Of a stretch of 64,000 nucleotides of DNA, positions 14,027 through 27,300 are shown piece after piece (position 1 is the first letter of the stretch; every line of letters begins with the position of its first letter). The position numbers and the translations under genes were made by a program. The notes below the pieces were generated by a model, which did not search any database, had not been told where the DNA came from, and saw only the letters and a list, made by a program, of their open reading frames with translations. Where the stretch lies: positions 186,001 to 250,000 of the forward strand of contig JAQGDQ010000245.1 in assembly GCA_030141605.1 (NCBI GenBank), read 5' to 3'. This stretch comes from Tubiluchus corallicola. Taxonomy: Eukaryota; Animalia; Priapulida.

Positions 14027-15546
14027 GACTTAGGGGTATATAATTTCATATTACAATTTTAAATGGAAACAGATTTCAGGTTTGTACCTGATTAGACTGC
14101 TTGTTCATTTGCTATCAATTAAATCAATATCTATATGTTAACTTCAAGCTTGGCTGATGTTGGACACCGAAATTTGGTGAACATTAGCAATTAAAGAATG
14201 TAAAATAATGTCACATTTTTTAAGTCAAACGTTGCTATATATTAGTTAACATTTTAACTATTGATGCTGCTCTGTTTTCATGTAAATATATCGTGTGTGT
14301 GTAGTTAGACAATAACCATGTTTGTTTTAAATGGAGAAGCAGCACATTTCACACATGTACACTGTAAAGCTCTTTTTACAAGACTGTAAATCTCTGAATA
14401 AATTAGGGCTTTAGGCTATGCATTTCATGTATTATCTTGTGTTCTGTTGTTCTATTTTATGGTGGAAAAATGTAGTGTTTCACTCTCACTGTGACTTTAG
14501 TAGTAAATTGCAAAATCTTCATTAAATTTTGATGCAAAACTACCAAATTATACAATATGACATATTTTCTATATTTTATTGAAGTGCTGTGTCATTTAAA
14601 AATTTACACATAATACACAATAAAAAATTTCATTTATCACAGGTAACTCGCATATCACAGTTTAATCAACAGTTTTATCACAGTTTAGTCCTCGATTAGT
14701 GAAGCTTTTATGTAGTGAGGATTCATTTTAATGGTAATAAAACTTTGCCATCAATCCATTTCCAAACTTTATGACAAACTTTTAATGATAAATCATTTAC
14801 CTTGGCTATAAAGTAGTGCTTCGTTTTATTAGCATTTAGACTTTTTGTTTTACTTCTAGTTGAATATTGTAACATTTGTGTGTTATCTTCTTCTAAACCA
14901 GCTAGTGCATGTTAAGTACACCACAAAAATAACATTAGCTTAACAGAAGGCTTGTTTGCTGAGTACACATAAGATGTGCCGCTACAGAGTGTTTAGATGA
15001 AAAATGCTGGAAGGATATGCTGAATTTAACAAACCACAGAAAAACCTGCAGCACTAGAAGGTCAATTGGAAATTCTCGTTTTGACATTTAACAAAGATAG
15101 CAACTTTAACAAGTTTAACACATTTAACTAGAAGGAAAAACACTGTGTAGAAGTAATAAAATTGCGAGTTATATTGAATGAGTTGTCAATGAAACACGTC
15201 TCCCTGCATTTACGTTGTTTCCAGTGGGATCCCAGTCAGTACAGCTTCATTTAATGATATTTCATTTGACGCTGCATTTTGCTAGATGCACATTATAGTC
15301 GATACGCGAGGACCTAAAATACTCCGGAAATAGCATTACAAAGCAGAAAATTTATTGTGACAATCTGGAAACCAAGACAAACCAACAGTAAAATAAAAAC
15401 CAAATTGTCTGAACTGTCGATCATCCTACAGTTCATTACCTAGACTATTTAGCTTCAAAAAAGTACTGAGAAATAAATGCTCTAAAACCCTACTCGCATA
15501 TTAACAAACCCTTGATTGGCACCAATTTTGTGGGATATGTGTATAT

Positions 15547-18500
15547 CTACAGTTTACTTCCAGCAAACGCATTGTACATGTCCATTCGCTCGTATCCGTT
15601 TGCTCCCGTGATCCAGTGCCCTCCGTCTACCATTAGCTTGGCACCTGTGATGTACGATGCGGCATCACTCACCAGGTACAGAACAGCATGAGCACAATCT
15701 AGCTTCTTTCCTACACGTTGCAATGGTACCTGCTGTGAAATCATTTGCTCGGCACCATCTATCTGACCGCCTAAAAATAAAAACTTGTACTTTACATTTA
15801 TAATTAATGATCTCATTTGCAGTACTATAAAACAATATTTACGTGGTACCACAAATCTGTCCTTAACAGTCTGGTTTAGCACAAGACAAGTCAATGTACA
15901 GAACACAGTTTAATTTGCTTTATGCATGTTCAAATTGCACAGCACTTACTTTTTATTGCAAGTAACCACAATAGAGGGGAATGACATTACTTAAGTCCCT
16001 AGTAACCAAACAGTGCCCTCAACATATTATTGTAAGCTAAGTCTTCATGTAGAAGCTGCAAGAAAACTCTGTTAGACCTATTGACATCGTTGCAGCATTA
16101 ATGTGCAGTATACAGGAATTAATGTAAAAGTTCTTCTCCAATTACAAAATAGGAAATTAAAACATTGTAGATTAACATATTAATTTATTTAGATTTCCAA
16201 GCGACAGTTCGTTTGCTTCAAAAAAGTACATTGTAGAAGCAACCACAAGCACCTGTTTCGTCTTTTTCTTTTGTTAGAAAGTAAATAAAGCATAATAAAA
16301 TTGTTGCCAGGCATTTTTGAAAATTGGGCAGTACAATGTCAGATTTATTTCAACTTTTGGAAATCCACAATTTCACAAGCATAAATTAAATGTACAGCAC
16401 AATTTGCGTATTTGTGAACAGACTGACACAGTTCAAATACCTTTTTTACAGAATTTGGCAGTTGGCACACTGCAAACTTATATCGAGCACTAAATGTAAT
16501 GGTGTACCTATTACAGTGACCATTATGGCAGGACCAAAACCTAGCTCATTATAAAGAACATGCCCTAAGAAGAACCGCTGGACCAGTAGAAATGTCTCTG
16601 CTTTGTATGGTTGTATGTCCAGCCTCCCTCAAAAAAGATAAACAGCCAGAAGCAGTATAGTAGGTTAACTGCCTACAAATGATCTTAGCAGCTATCCACC
16701 TATTTATTAACCAGACCCAGCCACGATTCACTTAGAACATTTAAGAAGTTTCATAGAAGTTTCTGGACAGTTGTAGATGCAATTTTACCAACAAAAACCA
16801 AAATTTTTACCCAGCTTGTTCCATCCTTCTGTACCTATTATTGCTCCGGGTCCTATACTATTGACTCGAATGCCTTCTCTTCCCCATTCGGCAGCAAGCT
16901 GACAAGTGAGGGCCTCTGAAATAAATTCACTATTAATCACTATTTTATAAAAAGATTAAATGTTCAGATAATTTTTTGAAATTACTAAAGTTCCACTGAA
17001 AAGTCAAATTTAAAGATGTCGCTAATGACTTTACTTAAGACATGGTTATCTAGTCAATTAACATCAATTAACTTAGTCAAGTGTGTGTTACGTACTCTTA
17101 CTTAATGTTTCTTAACTACCTGTCTTTGTCTGGCAATATTCTGTAATTATCACATTTATAACAACATGGGTTTAAACAGTCAAGAACTTCTAGGTATTGA
17201 TTACTTGTTTATTTTTTTATATGAAACTTATATCTCAAATGTCTGTAAATTAGTTCACTAACAAAGTCTTCAAAAAGTAAAAAAGTCTGCCTATTCACCA
17301 ATAGCTGCTTTTGCACTTGCTGCATGTGCTTGTAACAATGGCGGTCGTACGTAATTTGTTGTGATGTTGACAATGACTCCTCCGTGATCCTGAATAAAAT
17401 AAACATAAATCTAATCAACTCAATAATAGACTTTTAGGCATTGACATTGACAATTTTTCAATGCCTTCCTCCAAAAATTAATTGGCTGTTAGGTTAATGG
17501 TTGATTATACATAAAGCACAAGGTCTATTAATTCTAGGTTATTTATGTTTCCAATACCTAAAACATATAAAAACAACAAATGCGGGGTTTTCCAGATCTA
17601 TCAGCAGCAATAATAGAAGAAGCTAGAATAAATTGGAAAACTAATTTAGATGACAACCACAAAACGCTTCACATACTTTAAACCATGCATCGTAAACCGC
17701 CTTGCTAGTATTAAACGTTCCCAGAGTGTCGATGGCAATAACCGTTTGAAAAGCATTGTATGACATTTTGCTCACTGGGACAGCAAAGTTACCAGCTGAA
17801 CCTGAATATAAGAGACACACTGAGTAAAGTTACAAAAAAACATCAGTTTACAGTGTTATGCTGCAAAGCTTTTATCTATTATGTGAAGAGACAAAATTAA
17901 ATGCAGCTGAGTTATATCACTAACCACAAATCAGTTTCAAAATGGTATGGAACATAAATGCAATTGAAAATTGTGACTCCTTGAAACCATAAATATTCTG
18001 TTACATGAGCATGGCGCATAGTTAAATTTCTGATTATGGCTAGACAGGCTCAAACAAACCATATCCTGTTTTTACCAACTAATCAAATCAGACAGAAATA
18101 ATCCAAAGAAAGATAAAGATGAATGAATGAAAGGTTAAAGAAAAACTTATTTAAGATTACAAGTATCATTAGTTTATAAAAAACATTAAGCCATTTAAAG
18201 CACACTCACCATTAATCAGGATGTCTATTTTGCCAAAATGTTGGACAGCATTATTGACAGATGCCACAACTTCACTTGGCTATAAACGTACAAATAAACA
18301 AGTTACAAAACAAAAAATTTAAAGACACAATTCTGTTTGTCATTTTTTTACCAAATTTTCACTGCCAAACTACTAAACATCATATGCTAAAACTAAAGAA
18401 ACTAACTTCGGAAAACATTGACGAAGACTGACCTGTGGAAAGATTGACTTGTGCTACCTGTGGAAAATAAATTTGAAGTCTTGAAATCCTGATTTTGTGC

Positions 18501-19626
18501 TTTATGGGGTAAGGGTGGCAGCAAACACTAAATGCACTGAATGCAGCAATTTGAATAAAATTGAGCTTTTCGTGCAGAAAGTATTGTCAGTTTGTTTCTG
18601 TATAATTCTGTGGGAGAAGAAACATAGCTAGGTAGAAATCACACCTTTAAGAGAGACAGGTAAAAAAATCGCACCTTTCTGACATCCATTTGAATTGGAT
18701 AGCACTGCACTCCAGTAGCTTTAGTAAGTTTTTCTGCTGAAAATTGCAGTCGTCCTAAGTTTCTACTAGCAATGACTGTACGGCACCCATGCCTAGAGTA
18801 AAAATACAAAAAATTGAATGTATTTTTAATTTGCCACGCTGTGGATAACATCAACAAACAGCATTTATAAAAATGGTTTACAATTATACTGTAGATATTA
18901 CGCATACAGTAAATCCTCACTCAACGACGCTAATACATTCTAGCAAAAACACGGTGTTAAGCGAAACATCGTTAAACGAAGCCAAAATTTCCACAGAAAG
19001 TAATGTAAAAGACTTGAGATACATTCCAGAGAAAAAAATTAATATAAGTTAAACATTTTGTGAGTTTCATTCATATTTCTACTGATTAATGTCTTTCTGT
19101 TTGTCAACTGTATATTTTACTTGCCAATACAATACCTAGCTACCAGTTTCTCTTGCGCAAATGCTTTTAAAGTTATCGTAAGCCTAGGCAGAGGTTAAAC
19201 AATAAACACTGCAGAGTCAAGCTAAGCCCTAGGGCGACCTTGGGAATTTTATCTACATACTTAGCCTGGTTCCTATAGCAACAGGTTGCGGGCAAAATTC
19301 CTTGCATAAAGTTTGCTCCTTGGTCACTTGATAGTTGATACAAACCACTAGTAGTAGTAGCATCAGGAGTCAGTCGGGAAGCAAAAACGTATATAATAAT
19401 TGCACAATTTACGTTACTAGTGCATTTTTAGAGCAGAATAACGTAAAGTACTGTTTTACAGCTTCTAATTAGGTAAAAATGTTGTTGATAAAAAATTCCC
19501 TCGGCAAAGTCAAAAAATCGTCGTTAAAGTGAAACGATCGTTAAAATGATCAGCGTCGTTAAACGGGGAGTTATATATATATGTGTGTATATTGTATATA
19601 TATATATAAGTGTGTATATATGTATG

Positions 19627-19659
<33 letters not shown>

Positions 19660-22600
19660 ATATGTATATATATATGTGTGAGTGTGCTTGCATAGCGTCC
19701 ATAAGTAAGCAGTTAATGTTTTCTAGTTATTCACATATCCTGAATCTCCATTTCATGAAGATAATTTTCATACCAAGCTCATCGCTCTATGTTATTTCTA
19801 AGCTGAGATAATCCATGTTGAAGTTGAGGTGCACGCTACGCAGTGCAAAACATGTTCTTGAGAAAATCGCTGTTGAAGTCAGCCATTGTTTTTTGTCGCG
19901 TCTCTACGAAACACTTAGCAACCGTATGAAAGTGTGATTGTCTATGGACTTTGCAAGAACGCATTAAAGTTATGTTTAAATCCAGTAGATGGCTCTTCCT
20001 CAAGAAGATTTGGGCTTGCCACCAGAAAAACCCGAAGCAAATGACTGCTTCCACGAGCTACTATCGGAGTTTGAAAATATAAATTTTTTGCAATTGCAGT
20101 ACTAGTTTTTAGGCAGAGAAATTGGCACGGGGTTACAAAATTTAATTTGTAGTATTTTTTAACATTTTGTTGGCAATTTGATGCTAGAATATAAAAGTCC
20201 AATGTATTTAGCGCTTGTTTTTGTAAAAACAAAAAATTAACATTAGACCAAAATTTTGGTGCATTCTACTTTGGAGCATCACAACGTAGTATTAACTATG
20301 CTGACTTATGGAAGGTTTTGGTTTGCAAGTACACATGCATATATATATATATATATCTTTATGCGGTGAGTGTGGACTGCGAAGCTATATTACAAACAGT
20401 GCCATTTTATTCGAAACATGCTAGCGATATTTTGCAATGCTTACATAGCAAAGCATTAACGTATTACTTTCATTACAAACACTGCGAGACATCAGATGCC
20501 AATTAGCACAGAAAAAAAGCACAAGAAACAGATGCACAGTTTTTATTATGGAAAAAGTAAAAACTGTATGTCCATTTGATCTTATTCTTTATCGATTTAT
20601 ATGTACGCTCACTCTATCCAAAATGAACAAAAATGGAACAAAACCTCATAAGTATTTCAGCAATTGTAAAGCATATTCCTGAACCACCTCCAGTAACAAA
20701 AGCAACTTTTCCTCTGAAAATATAATAAAACAGTAATTGTAATTGAAATTGTAATTTATTATCACTTCAGCATGTATTTTACATTACAATTTGCATTATT
20801 ATCTTTAACTATTATGCCCTATAACTAGAAAATGAAATATAGTTACAATAATTGTAACAGAACTACATTAGTATACTATAGCATGATATAGTTAGGGAAA
20901 AAATTCCAAATATAATTACAAAAATTTAACAGAAGTGTACTAACAAAGTTACTAAACTACATAATAGTTTGTCAATAAGAAATAGATGCTGCATGGTGGT
21001 CAAGAAGCAAAGCTTGTAAGACCACTATGAAAAGTGAAAAAACGACTTAATTTACAAGAGAGAGAATTATAGAAAAACAGGGAGTAGTTAAGATAAAATA
21101 TTAGGCAGAGAAAGAGATTGAGAAAAAGAGAAAAGAAATGAATTAGAAAGAAGTTCAGCAGAGACACGATGCAAAAGTATGAAAATGTAAGCTGCAAAGT
21201 AACCAGTCGCGGGATTTACTGTGACTATCGGCAAAACCCAAAAATGCATTATAAGTAAGATTTCAGCAGAAGAGATTTCATATATCTTTTAAAGCCAAAT
21301 AATTTTTGATATGTTGTGACATAAATTGATATTTTATTCCATAGATTTGGAGCAGTAAATTTTAAAAAGTGTCTGGCAACATTGGTCCTGCAAAAATGGA
21401 ATATAATATTCATTAAATCTAGTGAAGTGATGTTGGTGATTACGTACGACGGGATTAATGAAACGCGGAGGTAATATACTGTGGTGTGGTTTGTACAGGT
21501 AGATAGCAAGGTAGTAAAAAACTGAGTCATCTAAATTTAAAATTCCTGAGTTATAAAAAAGTATAGGTTCAATTGGGGCTTGTTTAGCTAAATTATAAGT
21601 GATTCTCAAAAACTTACGCTGGTGTCTGGCTAAGCAATTTAAGTTTGTTGGATATGTTTTCCCCCATAGAATACAACAGTAAGTTAAATAGGGTAATATT
21701 AGACAGTTATATAGTGTTATTAAATGAAATTTGTGTAATTCATTTTTAATAATTGAGATAATGCCAACATTTTTTGCAATTTCTGAACTTATATAATTAA
21801 TATGTGGCCTCCAATCAAGATTTTCATGAAGCATAATACCTAAAAATTTTATAGTTTTGACCCTTTCAATAACTACACCATCAATATATAGGGTACAATT
21901 ATCAGGCAATTTTTTATTTCTGGAATGGAAAATAACACATTTTGTTTTTGTAGGATTTAATGATAGTGCATTTGCCTTGAACCAATCAGCAATTAATTTT
22001 AAGAGTTCATTTATTTCTGCAACAGAGTGATAGCACAAGTCAAAAAACAGAGTAGTGTCATCAGCAAATTGAAATAGATTATTTCTATTTCGTAATTTGC
22101 TTAGATCATTTATATAAATTAAAAATAATAACGGTCCTAATATGGATCCTTGAGGCACACCACATGTTATAGTTTGAGATTTAGAAAGATAGTTATTACA
22201 TCTGACTACTTGGATTCTGTTAGACAGATAATTTTCAAACCAGTTATGGGCCAAACCTCGAATTCCATAATATGAGAGTTTATGAAGAAAAACTGAATGG
22301 TCCATAGTGTCAAATGCCTTCGACAAGTCACAAAATATACCCGCAGCTATAGAATTTTTTTCTATCGTGTTTACAATTTGTTCACATATTTTAATTAGTG
22401 CTAACTCAATGGAATAACCTTTTCGAAAGCCAAATTGATTATCATTAAGAATATTATGATTGATTAAATATTTGTATAACTGATTGTAAACACATCTCTC
22501 CAGAATTTTAGAAAAGAACAGTCATTTAATCATTAACGGAGACCAAAAGTTACAAGAAAGTAATAGGATAATTGTTGTTTGGCATGCTTACTTCAGCAAG

Positions 22601-22671
22601 TCAGGTTTAAATAAGAATTCATAATCTGTCAAACAAATGTTTTCATCATTATTCATCCTGGAAGCCGACAT
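15547..22671 (-). CDS. DECR2: Peroxisomal 2,4-dienoyl-CoA reductase (SDR family), complete, 8 exons, 293 aa, PTS1 -SKL
   Basis: Minus-strand exons 22671-22592 ([26 protein letters not shown]), 20713-20645 ([23 protein letters not shown]), 18792-18675, 18279-18210 (FGKIDILIN), 17801-17677 ([30 protein letters not shown]), 17389-17299 ([21 protein letters not shown]), 16915-16811 ([25 protein letters not shown]), 15770-15547 ([39 protein letters not shown]). Total 882 nt. Colinear with human DECR2 motifs as I recall them. Confidence 0.95.
18907..19573. mobile_element. Tigger/pogo-like (Tc1-mariner) MITE in DECR2 intron 2
   Basis: Starts TA|CAGTAAATCCTCACTCAACGACGCT. Reverse complement of the right end is TAACTCCCCGTTTAACGACGCTG. 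Sub-terminal CGTTAA repeats at both ends. The terminal CTG is lost into a (TA)n tract. Confidence 0.75.
19572..19681. repeat. Compound (TA)n/(TG)n microsatellite
   Basis: Directly visible between the two DNA elements of DECR2 intron 2. Confidence 0.95.
19682..20334. mobile_element. Non-autonomous TIR DNA element embedded in (TA)n/(TG)n microsatellite (copy 2, both ends present)
   Basis: Left GTGTGCTTGCATAGC..CCATAAGTAAGCAGTTAAT versus reverse complement of right end GTGTACTTGCAAACCAAAACCTTCCATAAGTCAGCATAGTTAAT. Flanked by TA/TG repeats on both sides. Homologous to 11978-12395. Confidence 0.75.
20735..22516 (-). mobile_element. 5'-truncated non-LTR retrotransposon (CR1/L2/Crack-type LINE) in DECR2 intron 1, same orientation as host
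   Basis: RT reading frame open from the truncation point: [76 protein letters not shown]. One frameshift near 21393 precedes [26 protein letters not shown]. The 3' UTR ends in AATAAA (20760-20755) plus a (TTACAA)n tail. Candidate target-site duplication (TSD) AACAGT at 20729-20734 and 22517-22522. Confidence 0.9.
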
Positions 22672-23852
22672 TTTGGATTGTGGCTACAGCTAGAATACAC
22701 ATACTAGAAGATTGGAGCACAGTTTTCAATTTGCGCAGTTTATTGTGAATTCTCGACGCCCGTGTCACCGCGGTAATGATACGGAGGCATGTGATAACTT
22801 TCACTTCACGATTAGTAATTGACCACAATTCCATATATCACGAGATTTAACGCACCTCTGCTTGAAATCAACGATCTGCCCTCGACAAACGCACCTACTA
22901 TTTTAACGCAGGAATCACTGAAAAAAAATGCACCAGTAGTTAAATGTGAGTACACATAAACTATAATACCGTTTCCCACACTGCGAAATAAGAGTAAGAC
23001 CTTGTACACAAATAACTAAAAAATAAATGTCAAAATGAAAAAGTTAAACATAGAATAACTTGGACAAACAACAGCCACGAATAAAAATTTCAAAAATACT
23101 TACAATAAATTGTGTCCTAACTCCTAAGTAAAAATATTATACTGTGCAGCATAGTGATATAATTCATAATTAAACTTTTTAGCGATTTTCTACATTTTGT
23201 AATCAATATTAGGAAAATTTAATGATATAAGCAAAAGTTGCTTATAAAAATCATTAAGATCATAATTTTTAAAAGTGCACCTTTGCAAGCTAAAAGCTTT
23301 AAACGCGAGGGCATTTTGTACGTTATAGTCATGTAAATGGAATTAAAAACTTGTAGCATGAAACAAAAAATACTAAACTTAAGTAAAATTTTTTATTAGT
23401 GTTAAAGTTCTATATACAACAAGTTAACATTATCAACAGAAGATGTTACTATGTGGCTGTAAAAAAACTCAAAAATCAATTTTGAGTAACAAAAATAACT
23501 AACAAAACAGTATAGTTCAAACTGTTCAACCAATGAAAGTACAAAATATTAGGGAAAACTTAACATTATAGAGAAACATGAACTATGTTTACATGTTTGG
23601 CCTATTAATGAATTACTTAAAGTAGACAAAACTACTTAAAAAATCCTACAATTAAAACAACGGAAAGACACGACGACGTTTCATTCTTTTAATTGTGTGG
23701 TTTTTTTTAGTAATTATCACTATTCTTGTCATTAAGAATTAAATTTGGGTTACTATTGACAAAATTTTAATCTTCCACATAATACGGTGCAGATTAATGG
23801 TAAAATAAAAAAATGTGCATAGTTGCAGAGAATTGGAAAAAAAGAATGGAGG

Positions 23853-23884
<32 letters not shown>

Positions 23885-26009
23885 CGAGTAAAAGAGGTTA
23901 AAATAGTAAATTGTTGAAGATAAAGTTACAGTATAATTATCGCTATATTTTTATTATTCTATATGTACATTTAAGAAAGGCAAACACTACAAATGCTAGA
24001 TGATTTCTACTCAGTACGCACGTTATACAGTATAATAATATAAACAATCAATCTTATAACTTTCTAAAATTTAACTGTATTTATTTATGTCATAACTTTA
24101 AAATGTAACTGCATGTAGACATTTCCATTTTAACTATACAGATAAATTTAGCGACCAGATAAAATGCGATGTAACAGAAATAAATAACAAGAGCTTAAAA
24201 ACATTTCACAAATGTAATGCATGACTCATAAATATACAGCAACATATCTCTGTTCACTAGATTAAAGAAAATGCCACAAAAATCACAGTATAAACAACTA
24301 CAGTTACATAATCTTTATTGTTTTATCCTCCACAGTTAAATACAATATTTACGACTAGATTTATTATGACTAAACCAGCAACTGCTGAAGCTGTTCTAAC
24401 AAATTAAAAACAAACATACTAAAGACAAATGTAAGGGCACTAAAAGGCACTAACCTAACGTTTTATATGATTTGTGGCACTATATTCGCATATAGTGCCA
24501 AAAACGCAAAGTCTTGTTACAAATATAACGATAGGGTAAAAGAATTAAGACTGCTTTTTCAGTTTCTGGCAATTTTCGCATACAGTTAAACTGCCATTGT
24601 GAAAAAACTGCCAAACTGACTAGTGAGTATTGTCGCATTGACTGGAACATTTTTCATAAAATGCTAGAAATTTCTAATACAAATTATGGCACACTCTAAA
24701 ATCATTGCAAATGTGTAGAAAATAATTCTAGCCTAATTAGAATGATAGGTGCCTATTGGAACTGCCGTTTCTCCTAAATTTTACAAAAGATTCAGAGTGA
24801 CAATAAAAACACTGGTAATATTTTTCCCTAGAAATGACACTCCAATTCTTGAAAGAGAGATAAATGCTATAGACTTATAGTAAGAATATGGCAACCATGA
24901 CTGCCAGTTATGTTTTATTTAAAATTTAACGACCATGTCAGTAAAATCACAAGAAAATCAAGAACAATCTCTCTCTTGATACAATTTTCTGTTTCTACTT
25001 CAAGAGGAAAACAAATTTTCAATTGTGCTTCCTCCAAAAAGCTTAACATAGAATACAATGTTGCAAAAGTGTGCATAGCTTGCATTAGCTGAGTAAAACA
25101 AGTAATGGATATTCATAGTTTAACAAATGCAGAAAACAAAAATGTGACAGGTAAGCCTAGATTACTTGTTTAGACTAGAAGGATTTTGATTTGTTCTATA
25201 GCACTTCAATTGAAGTTCTCACTAATAGTTTTGGAGTTCTCATGAATGGGAATGAAAATATAGGAATGATTCTTAAACTGGAATGCAATAACGAGAAGAT
25301 TCACAACATTTAGAAAACAACAAAGAAAACCAAATAAATTATCACTGATTCTATGATCACATATACAGTGAAAACAAGCATAATGAAGAAAGGTTGTTTT
25401 CTTGCACAGTGCAAGGGCTTACACAAATGCATTCAGAATAAGCGATAGGTCCATATGTGTGGAATGTGCGCGACCATTACTGGTAGATAAACTCAAAACA
25501 TATAATGTGTGTGTGACTGCACATTTTACATATTCTTGAATCTGGACTTACCAATCACCTAGACTATCTATCATGGGTGCTGGATTATTGCACATTCTAG
25601 AGCCCATAAGACACGTGACACGCACCATAGAGTTGACAGCATAGGAATGCAAATTAATCAATTTGCTATTATACAGATTATGGTGAATATCAGAATTTAA
25701 ATGTTCATGGTGAATCTTGTTGCTGTGAATCAAAAAATTCGGCATGGCATATTTAGTTTATAACAACAAGCACAGCCCATTATTAGGATCATCTACAGGA
25801 ACTGCTTCAAGCTTTGGCTGTAATAATCTAGTTATTGGATTTAATACTGTTGGTCGTGGTAAAATCGATCACTTTCACAATAACCGAAAAAAATTTAGAA
25901 AATGGAAATAGTACAATCTTGATTATCCATTGCAGATTGTCCGCAAATTACTGCCCGATACATTAACTTCCTATTTTTATACTGTTACATTTAGTTTTGC
26001 TCCATTCTA

Positions 26010-26375
26010 TTAAAAAAATCAATAATCTTTAATTTGGAAAAGTCCTACTATCAGAAATAACCCAAATGGAATAAGCAGGAAGTTCATATTAAGGGTACTC
26101 TAAATGTCTATCAACGAATCTATTATCCCAGATGAAAGAAATCCCTGCCAGATCACCTGGGTCCCACGTACATTGTCTGGTATTCTGTTATTAAAAAATG
26201 AATAAACTTTAATTTGGAAAAGTTCTACTATCAGAAATAACCTAAATAAAATAAGGAGGAAGTTGATATTATGGGGTACTCTAAATGTCTATGAGCAAGT
26301 TTATTATCCCAGATGAAAAAAATCGTAGCCAGATCGCCTGGGTCCCAAGTACATTGTCTAGTAGCCTGTCTGTTA
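26010..26375. repeat. ~181-bp tandem duplication (2 diverged copies) downstream of the complexin stop
   Basis: CTTTAATTTGGAAAAGT.CTACTATCAGAAATAACC..GGGTACTCTAAATGTCTAT..CCAGATC.CCTGGGTCCCA.GTACATTGTCT occurs twice, ~181 bp apart. Confidence 0.9.
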
Positions 26376-27300
26376 TGTTTACAGTTTTATTCCACTGTGA
26401 ACCTGTAAGTACAGCTAATATAAGAAAACAATAGTTCCTCACACACAGAGTTGAACTCTGTACAATTATACAGTTGCAGTTGTAGCTGCACATTCTTATG
26501 GTTGCCACAAGTATAACAAGCAACAAAACTAAACTGGATAAATTCACCACTCTAGTTGAATAGGCTTAGAATTGTAATATGTTCATCATAAATAATCGTT
26601 ATAAGGATTTAACGAGTATGTTGAAACAACTTTAGATTGCACAAACTAATAATATAACATATGTACGGCAATGAGAGATAAACAACTGGCAGAATTCATT
26701 TGTTCTTTTCCCTTATTTTATGCAGCAACCTGTAAATCATAAAATTACTAGCAACAAACTAGGCAGAATGTGATGAAGGCTTTCATCTCACGTCGTGCTG
26801 GTATTTTGGTTATGTACCCATTATGTAGGTGTATGTGCACATTGTACAGGCTTAGTTGTAGGTTAGCTTGGATGACTAAGAGTACACTGTACAGTCTTCC
26901 ATCCAGACATTTTCACTTCTGGCATTGCACTGTCGTTATATTTGTATATAGAGTGATTACACGCCTGGAATGCAAGGACAACTTGATAAGTGATGATTTC
27001 ACGTCCCCCTCACATTTTCAGTGCAGTCGATGACAGTAAACAGGACTGGTGATGGCTATGCTGTCCAGAATGCAAAGTCTAAAGTGCGTCAGTGAGAGAC
27101 AAGTCAAAACATACAATTCATGATGGCAGCAACATCGTCTAAAATGCAAAGTTTAAAAGTGCATCAACGAGAAGGACCCGTCGAAACTAGCAAATTGTGC
27201 ATGACTAGATGCATTGCACTGTAAGTTTAACAACCTTATCAGTCATTAATAAATTAAGTAATGATCACAAGTACACGGCCAATGTTTCTAGGCACTCAGT

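Noticed and set aside
20675-20700. TGGGSGIC instead of TGxxxGxG as a loss-of-function sign in DECR2
   Set aside because: As I recall, Cys at this position also occurs in other peroxisomal dienoyl-CoA reductases (e.g. yeast Sps19). The rest of the frame is intact.
21334-22671. DECR2 exon 1-RT fusion protein or domesticated RT gene
   Set aside because: Read-through of exon 1 hits TAA at the donor. The RT is 5'-truncated, has no endonuclease domain and is frameshifted.
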